Below are positions 10,101 to 19,387 of a stretch of DNA of 64,000 nucleotides, one piece after another. Source of the stretch: Bacteroidota bacterium (GTDB lineage: Bacteria; Bacteroidota; Bacteroidia; UBA7662); NCBI GenBank assembly GCA_036787895.1, contig DAIQOK010000008.1, positions 1,679-65,678 of the forward strand, read 5' to 3'. The notes below the pieces were generated by a model, which was not told the DNA's origin, did no database searches, and saw nothing but the letters and a program-made list of their open reading frames with translations. Numbering within the stretch: the stretch's first letter is position 1; every line of letters starts with the position of its first letter. Both the position numbers and the translations under genes were made by a program.

Positions 10101-12557
10101 ATGAAATCTTCAAAGCGTTACATCTGCTTACATGGTCATTTTTACCAGCCACCGCGCGAAAATGCCTGGCTGGAAGAAATAGAAATACAGGATACCGCCT
10201 TTCCTTTTCACGATTGGAACGAGCGTATCACGGCTGAATGCTATGGACCAAACAGCGTTAGCCGCATGCTTAATAGTAACGGCCGTATTGTTGATATTGT
10301 TAACAATTACACTAAAATCAGCTTCAATTTCGGTCCAACGCTTTTGAGTTGGATGGAAGCCAAACAACCCGACATCTACCAAGCCATACTCGAAGCCGAT
10401 AGGGCCAGTATTAGCTATCATCATGGTCACGGTTCGGCCATTGCCCAGGTTTATAACCACCTCATCATGCCCTTGGCGAATCGACGTGACAAAGAAACCC
10501 AGGTGTTGTGGGGTTTACGCGATTTCGAAAAACGATTTGGTCGTAAAGCAGAAGGGATGTGGCTGGCCGAAACAGCGGTCGATTTAGAAACGCTCGAAAT
10601 TCTGGCCGATAACGACATTCAGTTCACTATTCTGGCTCCTCGACAGGCCAAAGCCATTCGGAAAATAGGTGATTTGAAGTGGGAAGAGGTGAATGAAAAC
10701 ACACTGGATACTCGCCAGCATTACCGTTGTGTTTTACCTTCCGGCAAGTCGATTTTGCTTTTTTTCTACCATGGCCAACTGGCGCAACAACTCGCTTTTG
10801 GTGGTCTGTTGAAAGATGGTCGCGCTATGGCCGATGCGTTGATGTCGGCTTTTGGCTCCGATACCAATTCACCTCAACTGGTGCACATTGCTACCGATGG
10901 CGAAACCTACGGGCATCACCATCGTTTCGGAGAAATGGCGCTCACTTACTGCCTGCACCATATCGAAAGCAATGCATTGGCGGAAATCACCAATTATGCG
11001 CGTTACGCCGCTGAGATTCCGGTAACTGGTGATGTACAAATTCATGAAAACAGCTCGTGGAGCTGCTATCACGGTGTAGATCGCTGGCAAGCCGATTGCG
11101 GCTGTAATACCGGCAAACCCGGCACACAGCAGCAGTGGCGTAAACCATTGCGCGAAGCGCTCAATTGGCTGCGGGATCAGCTTACCGCTGAATACGCCAG
11201 TCAAATGGCAGTTTTCACAGAAGATGTCTGGAAAGTTCGCAATGCCTATATCGATATCATACTTGACCGAAGTCCGAATCAACTCAAAACCTTTTTTGCG
11301 ACCTATATTCCTTTCGAACTTGAAACCCGACAGCGTATCAAGGTATTACGCTTGCTGGAAATGATGCGGCAATGCCAGCTGATGTATACCAGTTGTGGCT
11401 GGTTTTTCGACGAGATTTCGGGCATTGAGACCTTGCAGATTTTGCAATATGCCAATCGGGCCATTCAACTCGCAGAGACAGAATCGGAGCTTCAATTGGA
11501 TGAAAACTTCAGGAAACTACTGGCTTTAGCTCCGTCAAACGAAGCAAATTGGGAAGATGGTGCTCGAATTTACGCCGAGTCGATTGTGCCAAGCCGATTA
11601 TCATTGACCAAAGTAGGGATGCATTATGTAGTGAATGCACTTTTTTCAGATAATCCGGAGAAGCTATATGTGAAGTCCTTTGCTTTTGAAAGTGACTTTT
11701 TCGAACGATTGGAAGCAGGACTCTATCGTTTGGCCATTGGTCGAACCAGCATTCGGAGCAAAATCACCAGCTCTGAAAAACAATTTTCTTTTGCCGTCAT
11801 TTATTTGGGTCAACATCACCTCATCGGCAATGCTGCCGACCAAATGAGCGAAGCCCTTTTTAATAGATTGTATGATGAACTTCGAACCGCTTTTGAAGCA
11901 GGAAATCTGGCAGAAGTCATTCAGTTGATTACCCAACATTTTGGTAAGTCCAATTTTTCGTTCTGGCAATTGTTTAAGGATGAACAGAAAAAAGTGCTGA
12001 ATTTGTTGGTCAAACAAGAAACAGAACTAGCAGAGGTTGCTTTAAAGAACATCTACGACCGCAATTATAACCTCATGAATGTGCTGCAAAGGGTAGATAT
12101 TCATATGCCTATGTTGTTCCGGAAGAACCTGGAGTTGGTTGTCAATAACCAACTGAGAAAAATATTCCAGGAGCCCGAACTGAAAGCTGCCGAATTGAAA
12201 CGGATTACGGAGGAAGTACACAAATGGCAAATCCCGCTGGAAAAAGAAGTCATTGCCTTTGTAGCTACCCAAAAACTAAATGAACTGCTTTCGGCTTACG
12301 CAGCTGAGCCTGACCGCTTGACTGACCTGATCAATCTGTATCAGATTTTGCAACAACTCACAGAATTGGACATACAGCCCGATTTATGGAAACTGCAAAA
12401 TCAAGCCTTTCAACTAGCCAAAAGCCAGCCAGCTTTGTGGCAGGAGAGCCCAACCGGCTATACTGAGATTAGGTGGTTTTTTGAACGATTAATTCAGCGG
12501 CTAAATTTGAGTTTGGAAGTGGTAGAAAGAACTTTACACTTGAATAAAAAGCGCTAA
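10101..12557 (+). CDS. Glycoside hydrolase family 57 protein with C-terminal DUF3536-like extension
   Basis: GH57 signature HGHFYQPPRE at the N-terminus. Length 818 aa. Immediately downstream of glgB. Confidence 0.8.
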   Translation: MKSSKRYICLHGHFYQPPRENAWLEEIEIQDTAFPFHDWNERITAECYGPNSVSRMLNSNGRIVDIVNNYTKISFNFGPTLLSWMEAKQPDIYQAILEADRASISYHHGHGSAIAQVYNHLIMPLANRRDKETQVLWGLRDFEKRFGRKAEGMWLAETAVDLETLEILADNDIQFTILAPRQAKAIRKIGDLKWEEVNENTLDTRQHYRCVLPSGKSILLFFYHGQLAQQLAFGGLLKDGRAMADALMSAFGSDTNSPQLVHIATDGETYGHHHRFGEMALTYCLHHIESNALAEITNYARYAAEIPVTGDVQIHENSSWSCYHGVDRWQADCGCNTGKPGTQQQWRKPLREALNWLRDQLTAEYASQMAVFTEDVWKVRNAYIDIILDRSPNQLKTFFATYIPFELETRQRIKVLRLLEMMRQCQLMYTSCGWFFDEISGIETLQILQYANRAIQLAETESELQLDENFRKLLALAPSNEANWEDGARIYAESIVPSRLSLTKVGMHYVVNALFSDNPEKLYVKSFAFESDFFERLEAGLYRLAIGRTSIRSKITSSEKQFSFAVIYLGQHHLIGNAADQMSEALFNRLYDELRTAFEAGNLAEVIQLITQHFGKSNFSFWQLFKDEQKKVLNLLVKQETELAEVALKNIYDRNYNLMNVLQRVDIHMPMLFRKNLELVVNNQLRKIFQEPELKAAELKRITEEVHKWQIPLEKEVIAFVATQKLNELLSAYAAEPDRLTDLINLYQILQQLTELDIQPDLWKLQNQAFQLAKSQPALWQESPTGYTEIRWFFERLIQRLNLSLEVVERTLHLNKKR

Positions 12558-12750
12558 TAGCTCAGATTTGGCTTGACCTCGGCCAGATAAGATGTAACAG
12601 AAAATGCACTACTTCAACTTAGTTGACCAGGATAAATGCGCCAATCATAAGTTAAAAGTTAATAGGTGCGCCGGTGATTTTGCCAATAACTTTCCTGGAT
12701 TGAATTAGGACTTGACTCGCTTTCTCCCAACAATTCGAAGTCGGATTTGT

Positions 12751-12758
12751 TAACTTTG
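12751..12758 (+). promoter_or_regulatory. Candidate Bacteroidota -7 box (TAACTTTG) for hutU
   Basis: Matches TAnnTTTG about 20 nt upstream of the hutU ATG. No clean -33 TTTG was found. Confidence 0.3.
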
Positions 12759-12777
12759 CCTCATCAAACCCACTTCC

Positions 12778-14460
12778 ATGGCACAGGCAACCGAACGCAA
12801 ACTCGATCTTTCCAAAACCAAAACGCCCACAGGATCTACCCTAAGCTGTAAAGGCTGGGTACAGGAGGCGGCCTTGCGTATGTTGCACAATAACCTGGAT
12901 CCGGAGGTAGCCGAAAGGCCGGAGGAACTCATTGTTTATGGCGGAAGAGGTAAGGCAGCACGAAATGTAGATGCCTTTGAACTCATCGTTAAAGCCTTGC
13001 GCGACTTGGAAGATGATGAGACGCTGGTGGTCCAAAGTGGTAAGCCAGTAGCCATTTTACCTACGCATCCCGATGCTCCGCGGGTTATTATTTCTAATTC
13101 TATGTTGGTGCCGAATTGGGCGAATTGGGATCATTTTACAGCGCTCGACAAAAAAGGTCTCATGATGTATGGCCAAATGACGGCTGGTTCCTGGATATAT
13201 ATTGGCTCACAAGGCATTGTTCAAGGTACTTATGAGACTTTCAATGCCGTCGCTGATAAACATTTTGGTGGCAGCCTCCGAGGTCGTTTGTGCGTTACTG
13301 CAGGCTTGGGAGGTATGGGTGGTGCCCAACCTTTGGCCATCACCATGGCCGATGGGGTTTGTCTGGCGGCTGAGGTGGAAGCCTGGCGGGCCGAAAAACG
13401 CGTCGAAACCCGTTATCTCGATTACATTGAATACAACATTGATAAAGCCATTGATAAGGCACTCGAATTCAAAGCCAAGGGAGAAGCCAAATCGATAGGT
13501 GTGATTTGTACGGCAGTCGACTTACTCCAACGAATTATCGATCGCAACATTATCCCCGATGTACTCACCGATCAAACTTCGGCCCACGACCCGCTGGTGG
13601 GTTATCTGCCGCAGGGCATGTCGGTAGAAGAAGGTAATGTGCTGCGGGAAGCTAATCCGGAGGAGTATGTACGTCTGAGTTATGCTGCCATGGCTCAACA
13701 TACCCGATTGATGTTGCTGTTGCAACAAAAAGGGGCCATTACCTTTGATTATGGCAATAATCTGCGTGGTCGAGCTTTGGAAGTTGGCGTAGAGAATGCA
13801 TTTGATTTCCCGGGTTTTGTTCCTGCCTATATTCGACCTTTATTCTGTGAAGGCAAAGGGCCTTTCCGTTGGGCAGCATTATCAGGCGACCCGGAGGATA
13901 TTCGCGTTACCGACGAATTGATGCTTAAATTGTTTCCGAACGATAAGGGACTGCATCGCTGGATAAAAATGGCACAGGAAAGGATAGCCTTCCAAGGACT
14001 TCCGGCACGTATTTGTTGGATTGGTCAGGGCGATCGCGAAAAGGCTGGTTTGGCATTCAACGAACTCGTTCGAACAGGCAAAGTTAAAGCCCCTATAGTC
14101 ATTGGTCGCGATCATCTCGATACCGGCTCAGTAGCCTCGCCCAACCGGGAAACCGAAGCCATGTTGGATGGCAGTGATGCCGTAGCCGATTGGCCGGTAC
14201 TCAATGCTTTGATCAATACCGCCGGAGGGGCCTCCTGGGTGAGTTTACATCATGGTGGTGGCGTTGGCATGGGGTACAGCATTCATGCGGGCATGGTCAT
14301 CGTAGCCGATGGTACCCCTGAAGCAGCACGCCGCTTGAAACGCGTATTGCATAATGACCCGGCCATGGGTGTGATTCGTCACCTGGATGCCGGCTATGAC
14401 ATTGCACAAGATACTGCCCGGAAACACCGCCTGGATATCAGGGATCGCCTCAGTAAGTGA
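12778..14460 (+). CDS. hutU: Urocanate hydratase
   Basis: Full-length urocanase-like sequence (560 aa) with a typical N-terminus. No hutH, hutI or hutG in the window. Confidence 0.9.
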   Translation: MAQATERKLDLSKTKTPTGSTLSCKGWVQEAALRMLHNNLDPEVAERPEELIVYGGRGKAARNVDAFELIVKALRDLEDDETLVVQSGKPVAILPTHPDAPRVIISNSMLVPNWANWDHFTALDKKGLMMYGQMTAGSWIYIGSQGIVQGTYETFNAVADKHFGGSLRGRLCVTAGLGGMGGAQPLAITMADGVCLAAEVEAWRAEKRVETRYLDYIEYNIDKAIDKALEFKAKGEAKSIGVICTAVDLLQRIIDRNIIPDVLTDQTSAHDPLVGYLPQGMSVEEGNVLREANPEEYVRLSYAAMAQHTRLMLLLQQKGAITFDYGNNLRGRALEVGVENAFDFPGFVPAYIRPLFCEGKGPFRWAALSGDPEDIRVTDELMLKLFPNDKGLHRWIKMAQERIAFQGLPARICWIGQGDREKAGLAFNELVRTGKVKAPIVIGRDHLDTGSVASPNRETEAMLDGSDAVADWPVLNALINTAGGASWVSLHHGGGVGMGYSIHAGMVIVADGTPEAARRLKRVLHNDPAMGVIRHLDAGYDIAQDTARKHRLDIRDRLSK

Positions 14461-14499
14461 TGCTTCCGATTCATTAGTACATGAAACTAAAGGGGCTGC

Positions 14500-15150
14500 T
14501 CAATCATCTCCATACAGGCGTTCATAGCGCAATATGTCTTTGTAAATCTGGCTCAGATAAATACTGGCACCATAGGTAAAATACAAACCGGTGTAATCTG
14601 TTTTGTATTCTTCATTAATGATGGCTGTGCGATAACCCACACTTCCGCCTACACCCACCCAACGGCTAAGTTTAAGTTCGATTTTGAGTCCGGCTTGCAA
14701 GGGTAAAAAACCATGATCATCGCTTAGGGTAATGTCCTGACCGCCACGTCTTTCGATACGGGTGATATTGGTAAAGCCGATGCCCGCCTCCAAAGGAATA
14801 GCGAGCTCGAATATCCCACGGTTGATTATACGCCTGGTATATCCGATACCGGCAAAATACAAACTCGCCTGGGTAATACTAATGGTATTTGTGCTGCGCT
14901 CTGCAATGATTTGGTCGACTGAAGCCGGGGTTAAAGCATAAACACCAACCGTAAAACGTTCTATATCATCAATGACTACACCTGCCGATACGCCGTAAAT
15001 TTTGACCGGGTTTTGATTGATGAAAGAATTACGAATGTCGAGTCCGCCCACCAGTTTCAAATCAGGTTTGAGCACAGTGGTTTGAGCTTCAACACCCAAG
15101 CTGCCTAAGCCAAAGAGCCAGAGGACTACGATTTTTTTGAACATATACAC
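14500..15150 (-). CDS. Outer membrane beta-barrel protein (small porin/OmpW-like)
   Basis: Signal peptide, alternating amphipathic beta-strands, 216 aa. Confidence 0.5.
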   Translation of the reverse strand: MYMFKKIVVLWLFGLGSLGVEAQTTVLKPDLKLVGGLDIRNSFINQNPVKIYGVSAGVVIDDIERFTVGVYALTPASVDQIIAERSTNTISITQASLYFAGIGYTRRIINRGIFELAIPLEAGIGFTNITRIERRGGQDITLSDDHGFLPLQAGLKIELKLSRWVGVGGSVGYRTAIINEEYKTDYTGLYFTYGASIYLSQIYKDILRYERLYGDD

Positions 15151-15245
15151 GCAACACCGCCTTTAGCCTGATAGAACCTTATCTTTGTCGCAAATTACCG
15201 CATTCCTTGAACTATACCGACCAATTCGATCAGGAAGATAATAAA

Positions 15246-16046
15246 ATGTCGTTTCTCGACCACCTTGATGCTTTTCGGGGGCACCTGGTGCGTTCTGCCA
15301 TCGCAATAGTGGTATTGGCTGTGCTAGCATTTGGTTCGAAAAGTATAGTGTTTGATGGAATCATATTGGCCCCGAAAAACATCGATTTTTTAACATACAG
15401 GCTCTTTTGTTGGATAGGGCAACAATACAGTATGTTGAGTGGATTATGCGTTGAACAGATACCATTTGTGGTCATCAATATTGATATGACCGGGCAGTTC
15501 ATGCAGCATATTACGGTTTCCATCATTTCTGGATTTATCATTGCTTTCCCTTACATCATCTGGGAATTCTGGCGATTTGTTAAGCCGGGTTTAAAGAAGA
15601 AAGAAATCAATGCCGCCCGAGGTATGATTTTTTATGTGAGTGCCCTCTTTTTTACCGGCGTTGCCTTTGGTTATTTCCTGCTTGCCCCGTTGAGCATACT
15701 TTTTCTCGGTTCCTATCAAATTAGCAACGAAGTACTCAATCAAATCACACTTTCGTCCTATATCGGTACACTTACCACACTCGTTCTGGCAACGGGCCTC
15801 ATTTTTGAGCTGCCGGTACTGGCGTATTTCCTCGCACAAATTGGCTTTGTAACGGCCACATTCCTTCGTAATTCCCGACGGATAGCCGTCGTCATTAATT
15901 TGATTCTCGCTGCCATAATTACACCTGCTGATATTGGCAGTATGATACTCATGGCAATACCTTTATTGCTGCTCTACGAAGTTAGTATTAGGGTGGTAGC
16001 ACGCGTTGAAAAAAATAAAGCTGAAAAATTGAAGGATATCGCATGA
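15246..16046 (+). CDS. tatC: Twin-arginine translocase subunit TatC
   Basis: MSFLDHLDAFRGHL N-terminus and six TM segments. Internal Met chosen as start. Confidence 0.85.
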   Translation: MSFLDHLDAFRGHLVRSAIAIVVLAVLAFGSKSIVFDGIILAPKNIDFLTYRLFCWIGQQYSMLSGLCVEQIPFVVINIDMTGQFMQHITVSIISGFIIAFPYIIWEFWRFVKPGLKKKEINAARGMIFYVSALFFTGVAFGYFLLAPLSILFLGSYQISNEVLNQITLSSYIGTLTTLVLATGLIFELPVLAYFLAQIGFVTATFLRNSRRIAVVINLILAAIITPADIGSMILMAIPLLLLYEVSIRVVARVEKNKAEKLKDIA

Positions 16047-16471
16047 AAAAACTCATGATAGGAGCCGACCACGCAGGTTTTGAGCTCAAAGCAGCCATTA
16101 TACGACAACTGGAAGCCTTAGACCAGGAAGTTCATGACTTCGGGACATATTCGGCCGAATCAGTGGATTATCCTGACTTTGCGCACCCTGTGGCAGAAGC
16201 CGTGGTGACAGCTGAAACCCTGGGATTTTTGGTCTGTGGTAGCGGTAACGGTGTTTGTATGACCGCCAACAAACATGCCGGCATCAGAGCGGCCCTATGC
16301 TGGACAGTAGAGCTGGCAGCTTTGGCACGTCAGCATAATAACGCCAACATTCTTTGCCTACCCGCCCGGTTTGTAAGTCAGGAATTGGCATTGGAGATGG
16401 TCAAGACCTTTCTTAATACCCCTTTTGAAGGTGGCCGGCACAAAACACGCGTCGACAAAATAGCTTGCTGA
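16043..16471 (+). CDS. rpiB: Ribose-5-phosphate isomerase B
   Basis: RpiB/LacAB fold motifs (GSGNGVCMTANKHAGIRAA). ATGA overlap with tatC. Confidence 0.9.
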   Translation: MKKLMIGADHAGFELKAAIIRQLEALDQEVHDFGTYSAESVDYPDFAHPVAEAVVTAETLGFLVCGSGNGVCMTANKHAGIRAALCWTVELAALARQHNNANILCLPARFVSQELALEMVKTFLNTPFEGGRHKTRVDKIAC

Positions 16472-18000
16472 TGAACCGCCTTCTCTTCTTTATTGCCGCC
16501 TGGTTTTGGGTGGTGTCGGCCGCATATGCTCAGAATGTAGCTCCCAATGTGGAAGCCATCCGCCAGGACTTGATCATGCTTACTTCCGACGAGCATGGCG
16601 GAAGGGGGACCGGTGATACCGGTTTTCTGGCAGCGGCTAACTATGTAGCTAATCAGTTACTTGAACTCGGGTTTCACAGCTTTAACTCCCAAAATCAGCC
16701 TGCTGAAAAGGCTGAGGATTTTTTTCACCAGGTTCCTTTAATCAAGGAAAAGCTGATTTCGGTGGAACTGCAAACCGGAAAAAAAAACTGGAAGTACGGT
16801 AAGGATTTTTATACCAACCGGGCCTTTGGTTCTGATGCCATATATAGCGACTCACTAAGTTTTGTAGCTTATGATCAACTTGGTCAACTTCTGCCGGCAC
16901 AACTTCAAAATCAGGTCGTGGTCATCTGGCGTCAAAAAGTTGAAAAAGCTAAGCGTAGCCCATCAATCCGGGAGATTGCCCGCAGCCTGAATCGTTTTTC
17001 TCCCCAAGCCATTCTGGTTATCGATGCTGAATTTCCTTCCCAACCAACCCTGATTACCAATGCCCTTGCAGCAGAAAATATCTGTATTGATTACAGCCGC
17101 GACAGGGAATATGGGGTAAGTCCGACCGCCGGTCGCACTATCCCAATCATCATCGTCAGTGAAAAGGTCGGTCGAAAAATGTTTAAATCGGCCGGACTCG
17201 ACTGGAAGAAAAGTTGGGCTGGAACGGGTCAAACTAGTAGCCAACCCATAGTGCGACAGGCATTTAAATTGAAAGCCAAGGCTACCGTAATTTCGGAGCC
17301 ATTCGAAGCGCCTAATGTGGCTGGTTTGCTGCCAGGCAAAAAAAACAGCGAGGAATATATCGTGCTGAGCGCACATCTTGATCACCTGGGTATACACGAC
17401 GGTAAAATTTATTATGGCGCTGATGATAATGGCAGCGGCTCGGCGGCTTTGCTGGAAATGAGCCGTTTGTTATTCGCTTACCGAGACCAGGGAAATTTGC
17501 CGGATAAAACCATCGTCTTTTTGTGGTTAACCGGCGAAGAACATGGCTTATTGGGCAGTCAATACTTTACTTCATTTCCGCCAGTACCCTTGGAGAGCAT
17601 AAAGGTTAATTTGAATGTGGATATGATTGGTCGGGTAGATAAAGCCCATCTGAATGAACCTAATTATGTATACCTGATTGGGTCTGATAGATTGAGTTCA
17701 GATTTACATCGGATAAGCGAGGAGGTGAACGCCAGTTGTTGCGGTATTAATTTCGATTATACCTACAACGACCCCAATGATCCGAACCGGTATTATCAAC
17801 GTTCCGACCATTATAATTTCGCCAAATACGGTATTCCGGTGATATTTTATTTTAGTGGTGTTCATGAAGATTACCATAAACCTAGTGATACGCCGGATAA
17901 AATTGACTACAATCGAATTGCCCGCATTGCAAATCTGATTTTTCTGACGGCTTATGAATTGGCAAATCGGGAAGAAGCTCTTTTGATCGATAAACAATGA
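16465..18000 (+). CDS. M28 family metallopeptidase
   Basis: HLDHLG and GADDNGSGSAALLEMSR zinc-ligand motifs. Signal peptide. Confidence 0.8.
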   Translation: MLMNRLLFFIAAWFWVVSAAYAQNVAPNVEAIRQDLIMLTSDEHGGRGTGDTGFLAAANYVANQLLELGFHSFNSQNQPAEKAEDFFHQVPLIKEKLISVELQTGKKNWKYGKDFYTNRAFGSDAIYSDSLSFVAYDQLGQLLPAQLQNQVVVIWRQKVEKAKRSPSIREIARSLNRFSPQAILVIDAEFPSQPTLITNALAAENICIDYSRDREYGVSPTAGRTIPIIIVSEKVGRKMFKSAGLDWKKSWAGTGQTSSQPIVRQAFKLKAKATVISEPFEAPNVAGLLPGKKNSEEYIVLSAHLDHLGIHDGKIYYGADDNGSGSAALLEMSRLLFAYRDQGNLPDKTIVFLWLTGEEHGLLGSQYFTSFPPVPLESIKVNLNVDMIGRVDKAHLNEPNYVYLIGSDRLSSDLHRISEEVNASCCGINFDYTYNDPNDPNRYYQRSDHYNFAKYGIPVIFYFSGVHEDYHKPSDTPDKIDYNRIARIANLIFLTAYELANREEALLIDKQ

Positions 18001-19376
18001 GCACGGCTGCACATACATTTCTGAAAGCTGCTGAAAAAAAGGTGTTTGATCTCAAACACCGCAATACCATTAACTTCAATATGGGCAAGTACCATGTGGC
18101 TGTTGAAAAAGGTTTGCAACATTTCAGTAACCTGGAATTGGCAAGGAACAGAGCCAATCACATCAAGTGGTCGGCCATTGAAAAACTGGAGCAACATTTA
18201 CTGCAATTCGAGACCAATTTCCAGCGGAATGGGGGTAAAGTAATCTGGGCGCAGGATGGGGCAGAAGCAATCAAAGAGATACTCCATATTTTTAAAAAGG
18301 TAGAAGGTCGTTCACTGGTAAAGTCGAAGTCGATGGTTACCGAAGAAATTCAGCTGAATGCAGCTTTGGAAAAAAACGGCATAGAAGTTTTTGAAACCGA
18401 CTTGGGTGAATTTATTCAGCAAATAGATGGTGAGCCGCCTTATCACATCGTTACGCCCGCCATGCACAAAAGCAAGGAGGATATAGCTGAGCTATTTCAC
18501 CGAAAATTGAAAACCGAACCCAATCTCAGTCCAGAAGCCCTCACCAATATTGCCCGCCAACTACTTCGCGATAAATACAAAAGTGCAGAAGTAGGTGTCA
18601 CAGGGGCCAATTTTATTGTTGCCGACACTGGCAGTATTGCCCTGACCGAAAATGAAGGCAACGCCCGACTCAGCATTACTTTTCCGAAAGTTCACATCGT
18701 AATCGCCGGCATCGAAAAGGTGTTGCCTTCGGTTAACGATTTGAACTTGTTCTGGCCGTTACTCGCAACCCATGGTACCGGTCAATTTGTGACTGTTTAC
18801 AACACCTTGGTCAGTGGTCCCCGACGTTCCGGCGAAAGCGACGGTCCGGAAGAGATGTATGTTATACTGTTGGATAATGGCCGTACCAATATCCTGGCCG
18901 ATACCGAGCAAAGGCAGTCTCTGTATTGTATCCGGTGCGGGGCATGTTTGAATGCCTGTCCGGTTTACAAAAATATAGGTGGACACAGTTACGGATCAAC
19001 CTACAGTGGCCCAATCGGTTCAGTAATTACCCCGCATTTGCAGGGCATGGAAAACTTCAAACACCTGAGTTTTGCTTCTTCTCTATGTGGCAATTGTACG
19101 GAAGTCTGCCCGGTAAAAATAGATCTGCATAAACTTTTGCTGGTGAATCGCCGGCAATCAGTAACACAAGAGCTCACCACCAAAAACGAAGACCGCAGCT
19201 GGTATTTCTGGCGGCGGGCGATGATGAGCCGTAAGTTGATGAATATGCCTAACAGCAAGCTTAAAAATCTGGCTATGCGCCTGTTTGTCAAAAATAGCTG
19301 GGGAAATCGCCGTGAAATGCCGGAAATAGCTCCCCAATCTTTCAATGAACGTTGGCGTGAAAGCCATAAAAAATAA
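17997..19376 (+). CDS. LutB-like iron-sulfur protein (LUD domain + two 4Fe-4S clusters)
   Basis: CIRCGACLNACPVY and CGNCTEVCPV ferredoxin-type motifs after a LUD-like domain. ATGA overlap with the M28 gene. No lutA or lutC nearby. Confidence 0.7.
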   Translation: MSTAAHTFLKAAEKKVFDLKHRNTINFNMGKYHVAVEKGLQHFSNLELARNRANHIKWSAIEKLEQHLLQFETNFQRNGGKVIWAQDGAEAIKEILHIFKKVEGRSLVKSKSMVTEEIQLNAALEKNGIEVFETDLGEFIQQIDGEPPYHIVTPAMHKSKEDIAELFHRKLKTEPNLSPEALTNIARQLLRDKYKSAEVGVTGANFIVADTGSIALTENEGNARLSITFPKVHIVIAGIEKVLPSVNDLNLFWPLLATHGTGQFVTVYNTLVSGPRRSGESDGPEEMYVILLDNGRTNILADTEQRQSLYCIRCGACLNACPVYKNIGGHSYGSTYSGPIGSVITPHLQGMENFKHLSFASSLCGNCTEVCPVKIDLHKLLLVNRRQSVTQELTTKNEDRSWYFWRRAMMSRKLMNMPNSKLKNLAMRLFVKNSWGNRREMPEIAPQSFNERWRESHKK

Positions 19377-19387
19377 GCAGTATACCT

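Noticed and set aside
10869-11282. 137-aa minus-strand ORF inside the GH57 gene
   Set aside because: Antisense shadow ORF.
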